From Candidatus Thorarchaeota archaeon (lineage in GTDB: Archaea > Asgardarchaeota > Thorarchaeia > Thorarchaeales > Thorarchaeaceae): DNA of 21,856 nucleotides. This document shows, one piece after another, positions 1 through 6,502 of this stretch (position 1 is the stretch's first letter; the number at the start of each line of letters is the position of its first letter). The position numbers and the translations under genes were made by a program. Location: positions 1 to 21,856 of the forward strand of contig SDNP01000041.1 of the NCBI GenBank assembly GCA_004524445.1, in the 5' to 3' direction. The notes beneath the pieces were generated by a model. That model saw only the letters and a program-made list of their open reading frames with translations. It did not search any database and was not told the origin of the DNA.

Positions 1-565
1 CAATCGGGCTAATTGCGTGCCCAATTGCTAAAGCCGGGAATGCAAATCCATTGAGAATTCCTGCAAAGAAACCTTTCCATCCTTCGCTAGCATCCGTGAA
101 TACAACTGACCATAATTGCCACGTTATAACAAAAAAGGATGCTAGTAGGGCACTATTGAATACGTAATTCGCGATAGATGCGGGACTTCCAATGGTGAAA
201 ACGCTACTCAATATGTAGATTGCCACAAGAATGCCAACTACTGCCGGTAACCAGCCAATGCGTGGGTAGTTTGAGGACAATTGATTTCTCAATCTGGTTG
301 AACTGATTACCTGAATTAATGTGGATATGCCCATTAAGCCCATGAATGCAGCAGATAGAAACATGAAATTGCTTTCAATTATGGTAGCAACAATCATGGA
401 AGGCAATGGAATTAATGGAGTACCTGCACCAAGCAGGAGCCCAATTACGCCTGCAACAACACCCAAGATGGCTCCGTAACCAGCAATTTTACTGACGGGA
501 CCACTTTTGTCTTCATCTAAATCTGCACGAGAAAGTAAACTTTTTTCTGAGAATGCCTCAGCCAT
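1..565 (-). CDS. Multi-pass membrane protein of unknown function (partial, runs off the left edge)
   Basis: Not in the ORF track. Read manually from ATG at 565 (GTGAGGA upstream): MAEAFSEKSLLSRADLDEDKSGPVSKIAGYGAILGVVAGVIGLLLGAG... open to base 2 with at least 5 hydrophobic segments (e.g. IGWLPAVVGILVAIYILSSVF, ALLASFFVITWQLWSVVF). Confidence 0.8.
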   Translation of the reverse strand, partial: MAEAFSEKSLLSRADLDEDKSGPVSKIAGYGAILGVVAGVIGLLLGAGTPLIPLPSMIVATIIESNFMFLSAAFMGLMGISTLIQVISSTRLRNQLSSNYPRIGWLPAVVGILVAIYILSSVFTIGSPASIANYVFNSALLASFFVITWQLWSVVFTDASEGWKGFFAGILNGFAFPALAIGHAISPI

Positions 566-758
566 CTCTAGATTCCTCACTTTGTATGGTCATCAACTAA
601 CTCGCTACGACTCGAGGGGGTATATATCCGTATCGGAGCCAGCGATACTTAAATTGTGGATTAAACATCACTAAAGGTATTTCGATTTAGGTGTATGATT
701 GATGCCTACCGTCAATAAAATAAAGGAAGAATATTACTTCTTCAATTGGTGATGTTAT

Positions 759-908
759 ATGGTCGCTGATTTTGAGTTACACGTAAAGGGAAAACAGGTC
801 GCAATGAACGAATTCGTTAGCACAGTCATTCATAATGTAGTTGTCACACTCCTCAATACCCTCGATGGTATTGATATCGACAAGTTGGAAAAAGTTGAAG
901 TAACGTAG
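759..908 (+). CDS. Small 49-aa protein resembling the C-terminal extension domain of archaeal MobB
   Basis: Not in the ORF track. GGTGA RBS at 748-752, ATG 759, TAG 906-908. Translation MVADFELHVKGKQVAMNEFVSTVIHNVVVTLLNTLDGIDIDKLEKVEVT fits the recalled 'l.vnGk.i.ln.FV..ii...i...l.tL.g' pattern. Lies directly upstream of the AOR gene. Confidence 0.7.
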   Translation: MVADFELHVKGKQVAMNEFVSTVIHNVVVTLLNTLDGIDIDKLEKVEVT

Positions 909-938
909 TCAATCGGTCAGTTGGAAGTGCAGAAAGTC

Positions 939-2756
939 ATGGTTCGAGAATGCTGGAAGAAGAAAATACTCCGAATAGACCTCTCAGAGAAATCAACGAA
1001 AGTCGACAAAATCCCCACTGATATCTTGGATAAGTTCATTGGTGGAAAAGGGATTGGTACATACTTTATTTACAAGGAGTTGAAGGAAGGAATCAATCCA
1101 TTAGGACCTGACAATATTCTTTACCTCCTCAGTGGGCCTCTGCAAGGTCTGCCTGCTCCAAATGTTGGAAGATGGTCAATCGTTACAAAATCTCCCAAGA
1201 CTGGCCTCTATCTCGATAGCCATATTGGAGGTGCTGTGGGAAGAGAGGTTAAGCGATCTGGCTACGATGTTGTGGCGATTAAAGGGAGAGCAGACAAACC
1301 AGTAGCGCTGGTAATTGAAGATGATCTCATTCGATTTGAATCAGCCCAGCACTTATGGGGATTAGGAGTCTATGAGGCCACTCCGAAATTACATGAAATG
1401 TCTGGTTCCGGTTCATCCGTATATGCGATAGGTCCTGCCGGTGAACGACTACTAACAAATGCTGTCGGTTGTTGTGAAATTGCCCATCAGTCTGGTCGGG
1501 GTGGCATAGGCGCCGTGCTGGGTTCCAAAAATCTGAAAGGTGTAGTTGCAAACGGAACACAAAAGATCTCGGCTCATGATGTAGACACTATAAGAGAGAT
1601 TAATGCAAGATTAGCAAAAGGTTGGAAGGAGCGTGATGTTCCGTTTAAGAGATACGGCACCACGTTCTTACCGGAGATTTCGAACGAGCTTGGACAATAT
1701 CCGACTAGAAATTTCAGAAGCGGCTACTTCGAAGAGGTAGATGCACTCAATGCTGAGAAGATTAAGGAAAAATATGGTTTAGGAAATCATCACTCCTGCC
1801 CGCATTGCGTAATGAGGTGCACTCATGCATTTGAAACAGAAAATCCCTTGAATCCTGCTGAAAAGGTCGAGTCCATGGTTGAATACGAAACCTTAGGATT
1901 AATGGGAAGTAACCTTGGTATCTCTGACCCCCGCTTTGTGTTCAAGTTGAATTACATCTGTGATGATTATGGAATGGACACAATCTCTACTGGTGGTATC
2001 ATTGGCTTTGCCATGGAATTATATGAACAGGGCATACTCACGGAAGATGATATTGGATTCAAGCTACCCTTTGGAAACGGAGATAATGCCCTCAAGCTGG
2101 CGAAGATGATCGCAGAAGTGGAAGGAATCGGAGAAATTCTATCAAAAGGAGTCGAAACGGCAGCAGAAGAGATTGGCAATGGTAGCGAAAATTATGCTGT
2201 TCATGTGAAGGGTCTTGAAGTGCCTGCATGGGATCCTAGAGGACGCCGTGGAATGGGGCTATCTTATGCAACTGCTGATATCGGGGCAAGCCACTTGAGA
2301 GGTTGGCCTGCTACAACGGAGGCACCAAATGAATCAGCTGTGGATTTGGTTGAATCTATGGTGGATGCCAGAAATGAAAAAATACTGACTGATTCATTGG
2401 AGGTATGTCACTTCACATACCATTTGCCCATGCCTCTTGATGATAAGATAGATGCTCTGAATGCTGCTACAGGCTTGAAATATGACCGTGCCTCAATCAT
2501 GGAATTCGGTCGTAGAATCGAAACCTTGACTCGTCTATTTAATGTTAGAGAAGGAATCAATCGAGAAAATGATATCTTACCCAAGAGATTCTGGGAGCCT
2601 GAAATATCCGGTCCCAGAGAAGGAATGGCAAGCTTTGTATCTCGTGAAGATTTCGAGAAGAGCCTGGATCGATATTACGAGATTCAAGGTTGGAACGATA
2701 ACGGGGTTCCTACGGATGAATCTCTGAGAGAATTAGGTATTGCTGGTCTCGTCTAG
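939..2756 (+). CDS. aor: Aldehyde:ferredoxin oxidoreductase family (W/Mo-bis-pterin, 4Fe-4S)
   Basis: Motifs ILRIDL, IGGKGIG, KSPKTG, GRGGIGAVLGSKNLK, CPHCVMRC (CxxCxxxC), EYET, DDYGMDTIS, HVKGLE, DSLEVC, YYEIQGWN. ATG 939 is preferred over the TTG at 921. Confidence 0.95.
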   Translation: MVRECWKKKILRIDLSEKSTKVDKIPTDILDKFIGGKGIGTYFIYKELKEGINPLGPDNILYLLSGPLQGLPAPNVGRWSIVTKSPKTGLYLDSHIGGAVGREVKRSGYDVVAIKGRADKPVALVIEDDLIRFESAQHLWGLGVYEATPKLHEMSGSGSSVYAIGPAGERLLTNAVGCCEIAHQSGRGGIGAVLGSKNLKGVVANGTQKISAHDVDTIREINARLAKGWKERDVPFKRYGTTFLPEISNELGQYPTRNFRSGYFEEVDALNAEKIKEKYGLGNHHSCPHCVMRCTHAFETENPLNPAEKVESMVEYETLGLMGSNLGISDPRFVFKLNYICDDYGMDTISTGGIIGFAMELYEQGILTEDDIGFKLPFGNGDNALKLAKMIAEVEGIGEILSKGVETAAEEIGNGSENYAVHVKGLEVPAWDPRGRRGMGLSYATADIGASHLRGWPATTEAPNESAVDLVESMVDARNEKILTDSLEVCHFTYHLPMPLDDKIDALNAATGLKYDRASIMEFGRRIETLTRLFNVREGINRENDILPKRFWEPEISGPREGMASFVSREDFEKSLDRYYEIQGWNDNGVPTDESLRELGIAGLV

Positions 2757-2779
2757 AGGCCACGCCTTTCTTGTTTGAT

Positions 2780-3226
2780 TTAAAAGACACGGTTCCTGAA
2801 GTGTTTTCTCATGTATATTTCTCTATGTTCTGCCTGAAAATTTGCATTCTCATATAGTTTAATGCTATCCGGCCTATCTTCGGACACAACGGTGTCAAGC
2901 GCTCTAAGATTACGGTCCCTTGCTATGTTTTCTGCTTCCAAAAGCATCTTTTCGCCTAAATCGGTTGATTCTAATTCGTCTTCTATTTCTAAATGCTGGA
3001 TAAAACCAATCTTTCCTATCTCCGGGCTTTCACCAATATCGAGCTTCATTGCGGCGCAAACAATGCCATCAGTGACTGCAATAATGAACATTGTTTCTGA
3101 AGAGCTACCCATCGGAAGGGTGGCTGTTCTTGATGCTAGCCTATCAAAACTCAATCCTTCTCTTGAATAGAATTGCTGCAATTTCTTTCTGTCTCTTGCA
3201 GTGGCTGTTCTTACTTCGATTGGCAA
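2780..3226 (-). CDS. GNAT family N-acetyltransferase
   Basis: 148 aa. IEVRTAT..D start, beta-strands (MFIIAV..GIVCAA, IGFIQHLEI), LG..ML helix, and SIKLYENANF matching the GNAT 'a..lY...GF' motif. Confidence 0.8.
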   Translation of the reverse strand: MPIEVRTATARDRKKLQQFYSREGLSFDRLASRTATLPMGSSSETMFIIAVTDGIVCAAMKLDIGESPEIGKIGFIQHLEIEDELESTDLGEKMLLEAENIARDRNLRALDTVVSEDRPDSIKLYENANFQAEHREIYMRKHFRNRVF

Positions 3227-3340
3227 ATTTTGCGAGCCTCTTGAGCTTTGAATCCCATCCTAGATAGAAGTCTTTTGGTTGAAGGCAACTTTGTCTGAAT
3301 TCAATTCAGTTATGCACTCATATCTGCATTAATTTGCCAA

Positions 3341-4105
3341 TTAGATTTCTTTGGGGTTGATTATTCGGTATAAATCATTCATGCAGGCTGTGAATTGACT
3401 ATCAGGATGGCGCATAGTAACAACGTACCTGCTGCCGGCCTCGATCAGTAGTGGAAGTAGAGGAATTATTGTTGCCACCTTTTCTTTGAATTTCTTCTCA
3501 ACTTCCCGTTTTATAGCATTGTCTTCATAGATACTCGGTTTCTTATTAATAACAATCTGAATTTCAGGAACCTGCAACTTCCTTGCAACCGACAGGGTAG
3601 CTGCAGTACCCAAAAGGTCCTGTTCGTCAATGCGTGCAACAACAAAGAGAAAATCCGCAGTAGCCATTGAGAGAAGCGTTTCTCTATCTAATCCAGGATG
3701 CGTGTCTATAATCAAGTAATCAAGGTTCTTTTCCTCTATCACATCGGTAAACCCATTTCGTAAGTCGCTTACCTCGTATCCTTCTCTCAGAATCCTGGTG
3801 ATTGCTGTTGCAGTCATGGAACTTGGTATGAGATACAATTTTCCGTCCTTTACTCCCATCTGACGCGACATATCAAGACAAGTATCTCCAATTTTGCATT
3901 CGCCTCGGAGATAGTCATTCAATGTGTATTTCATCTTCTTTTGACCAAGGCCAAAAATCACATGGATTCCTGGTGATGCCATGTCAGTATCCATGACGGC
4001 TACCCTTTTTCCTTCCATCGCAGCAATAGCAGCGAGATTTGCCGCGATATTCGACTTACCTGTACCTCCTCTGAAGGAGTGTATGCTAACAATATCACCT
4101 GTCAT
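3341..4105 (-). CDS. MinD/ParA family (SIMIBI) ATPase
   Basis: Deviant Walker A SFRGGTGKS, A' VMDTDMASPG, Walker B LIIDTHPG, and INK motif. The start overlaps the upstream gene by 11 nt (4095-4105). Confidence 0.92.
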   Translation of the reverse strand: MTGDIVSIHSFRGGTGKSNIAANLAAIAAMEGKRVAVMDTDMASPGIHVIFGLGQKKMKYTLNDYLRGECKIGDTCLDMSRQMGVKDGKLYLIPSSMTATAITRILREGYEVSDLRNGFTDVIEEKNLDYLIIDTHPGLDRETLLSMATADFLFVVARIDEQDLLGTAATLSVARKLQVPEIQIVINKKPSIYEDNAIKREVEKKFKEKVATIIPLLPLLIEAGSRYVVTMRHPDSQFTACMNDLYRIINPKEI

Positions 4106-5378
4106 GATTAAGACCTCGACTCTTTTGCCATTTCACATTCTCTCCAAGTTGTTTCATAACACTAATTATTCTTGTCGCTGAAATGCCCGTCTTGGTGGCG
4201 ATTTCCTTAATGGAATAGGTTCCATTGCAGTACTGCTTGATAGTATCAACCACATCGTAATCCTTCTTTGGCATCCCTATCACCTCAAGGTATGCGGAAA
4301 AGCGTTCATCCTTTTTCTTGATTACTGGGTACACATTGGTTATCCGAGCTATATCCTTGGCGATTAATTGAGCCAAGAGTTCAACCAACACCGGCCGATC
4401 CAATCCTGTTCTTTCAATAAGGTCAATGATGGTTGAATGCTTCGTAGTATTCTGTAGTACATTTCTTATTTTCGAGAGGTCTTCATCATCAATTTCTGCG
4501 AATCTTGACAATATTTCATCTATATCTTCAGGCTCATAATTCGGAATAACAATATCAGAATCAAGAAATGCAAAATGCTCTTCTTCTCTTATTGGCTCTA
4601 TTCGTTTTGCCTTCGAAACGTCTATGCTGACGACATGGTCCATAAGGGGCTTGAGTGAGTTACGTATCGACTCTATTGATGACGATTTCATAACAGTGGC
4701 AATAAGTATCAAATCTCCTACCTCTGTGACAAAGAATCTCGTATCAGGGTCTAACGACGCATGAGCTGAGAGCTCATCCGTATTGATTGTAATCTCCTTT
4801 GTTAAGTCATGCAAATCTAAGAAGGCTTCATTTTCATACGCTCTCAAATTTGAAGCTATAATAAATCCGTCTTTTGTGAGGATAGCTGTTCGAAGCGATT
4901 TGCTTGCCTTTTCCACTTCAGCCATTTTTGATTTGAGCATCCTCAGTTCGGATATTGGCAACAAAGCCGTTTTGTAGCGTCTCGCAAGTCCAGGGATTCC
5001 ATTGAATTTCTGCAATGTCGATTCCACAATCTCAGTGAAATGTAGAAAATCTCGTCGAGATACAATACTTCTTCTTAATTTCTCATAGAATTTCCCAACG
5101 AATTGCTCTGAGAGCTCATTAAGAATTGCTGCATAGATCTCTGCACTATCTTCTCTGTAAACAAGTGCGATGAAAAACACATCTCCTCTTCTTTCCCAGA
5201 CAAATTTGTTCTTCTCAAAGGACATTACTCTAATTTGCTGAGAACTGATTTTTTCTGCCATTGACCCAAGTGCAGATAGAAAGCCTGACACAAGTTCATC
5301 TAGTTTCTGTTCTCCAGTGACACTATAATGATATAGAGGAATGCCTCCTTCTTTCAGTATTACGATTTCTTTAACCAT
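4095..5378 (-). CDS. Longin + roadblock/LC7-like + tandem winged-helix protein (Asgard ESP-like, NPRL2/3-like architecture)
   Basis: aa1-125 longin pattern (IVILKEGGIPLYHY, LVSGFLSAL, FFIALV, ILNELSEQF). aa~140-250 roadblock pattern (TAILTKDGFIIASNL). aa~300-420 two wHTH-like units (TIIDLIERTGLDR..LVELLAQLI; CNGTYSIKEIATKTGIS). Confidence 0.7.
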   Translation of the reverse strand: MVKEIVILKEGGIPLYHYSVTGEQKLDELVSGFLSALGSMAEKISSQQIRVMSFEKNKFVWERRGDVFFIALVYREDSAEIYAAILNELSEQFVGKFYEKLRRSIVSRRDFLHFTEIVESTLQKFNGIPGLARRYKTALLPISELRMLKSKMAEVEKASKSLRTAILTKDGFIIASNLRAYENEAFLDLHDLTKEITINTDELSAHASLDPDTRFFVTEVGDLILIATVMKSSSIESIRNSLKPLMDHVVSIDVSKAKRIEPIREEEHFAFLDSDIVIPNYEPEDIDEILSRFAEIDDEDLSKIRNVLQNTTKHSTIIDLIERTGLDRPVLVELLAQLIAKDIARITNVYPVIKKKDERFSAYLEVIGMPKKDYDVVDTIKQYCNGTYSIKEIATKTGISATRIISVMKQLGENVKWQKSRGLNHDR

Positions 5379-5448
5379 TCGTGTCCCCTTGGCTGAACTT
5401 CGCTGACTTACAAAGGATATACTGACTTATACCTTAGTCGGTTTTTTC

Positions 5449-6360
5449 CTAGCCAACAAATACTGGGCGCCGCTGTACCTGAATTATTCTTAGAACCCAC
5501 TGAACCTGATTACCCATTTTTTTGAGCACGCCATACAGTTCTTCAATACTTGTTTCTGTCCTATTGCTAATAACAGGTAGCGGAGTTCTGCCATCACAAT
5601 ATGGCTTTGCATCGTTTAAGATTCCAAATTCTCTCCGGGGGAGACCAATGATATCAAGATATGCGTCAAAACGTTCATCTGAACTCTTTATTAGAGGGCA
5701 CATTTTGAAAATTTCTACAACTCCCCATATTGCCAGATATTCTATTATCTCTATGATTGTTTCGTGATCCAAGCCCGTTTTCACTGAAATCTCTGCAATT
5801 GGGATAGTTCCGTCAATTCTCCGCAATACCTGATTACTAGCTCTGCCAAAATCCCGGTGCAATTCATCCAAAAATCCATGAACCGTTGACACTTGTTGAT
5901 AGAGCTCTCCGTTCAACTTGGGAACAACATATGAACTAAGGTTTGAGATGACGGTAACAATCCCCTCATAATAGTCAAAGGACTTCCGAGCTTGCTGTTT
6001 GAATGCGTCGAAATCCTTCTCCTCGACAATGGACTTGGATATTTCAGCCGTGTATCTAAGAAGGAATCTATTACTCAAATCCCGCAAAATTGCTCTTAAT
6101 ACTTTGCTTGGTGCTCCAGCATCAACCAAGAATATGAAAAGCAAATCATCGCCTGCTGGCTCGTAGAGCAGCTCTGACCCTTCAAATGAGAGACTCCTCA
6201 CGGTACGTTCTCCAAACTCACTGGCAAAACTCGTAATAGCAGTTAGAAATCCAGACAATAAATCATCAACCTGCCTAGTTCCTATGGGTGAATAATGGAA
6301 GACAGGGAGTCCGCTCGTTTTCAGTACCATGAATTCCTTTATTCCTAGGCGTCCACTCAA
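5449..6360 (-). CDS. Longin + tandem winged-helix protein, paralogue of 4095-5378
   Basis: N-terminal longin pattern (MVLKTSGLPVFHY, LLSGFLTAITSFASE, LLFIFLVD). wHTH units IDGTIPIAEISVKTGLD..EYLAIWGVV and CDGRTPLPVISNRT. TTG start; the exact start is uncertain. Confidence 0.75.
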   Translation of the reverse strand: MSGRLGIKEFMVLKTSGLPVFHYSPIGTRQVDDLLSGFLTAITSFASEFGERTVRSLSFEGSELLYEPAGDDLLFIFLVDAGAPSKVLRAILRDLSNRFLLRYTAEISKSIVEEKDFDAFKQQARKSFDYYEGIVTVISNLSSYVVPKLNGELYQQVSTVHGFLDELHRDFGRASNQVLRRIDGTIPIAEISVKTGLDHETIIEIIEYLAIWGVVEIFKMCPLIKSSDERFDAYLDIIGLPRREFGILNDAKPYCDGRTPLPVISNRTETSIEELYGVLKKMGNQVQWVLRIIQVQRRPVFVG

Positions 6361-6382
6361 GTTCTCTGCATCCGGGTTTGGA

Positions 6383-6415
6383 AAACTAGATTATATGTAA
6401 TAAGCTATCTAGTTT
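6383..6415. promoter_or_regulatory. Perfect 9-bp inverted repeat enclosing an AT-rich TATA-like spacer in a divergent promoter region
   Basis: AAACTAGAT (6383-6391), 15-nt spacer TATATGTAATAAGCT, ATCTAGTTT (6407-6415), between the divergent starts at 6360 (-) and 6503 (+). Confidence 0.5.
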
Positions 6416-6502
6416 GTAGTTTCGCAAATGTCGTGAATTTCAGCAATGAGATGACTCCGAAATGGTCTTATGCTTTTCTCTCAGCAAGAAAATTGCAGGT
6501 AA

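Noticed and set aside
3341-4105. Calling this the cell-division minD or a plasmid parA
   Set aside because: No minC/minE/parB or replicon genes nearby, no membrane-targeting tail, and an atypical Walker A; only the family-level call is supported.
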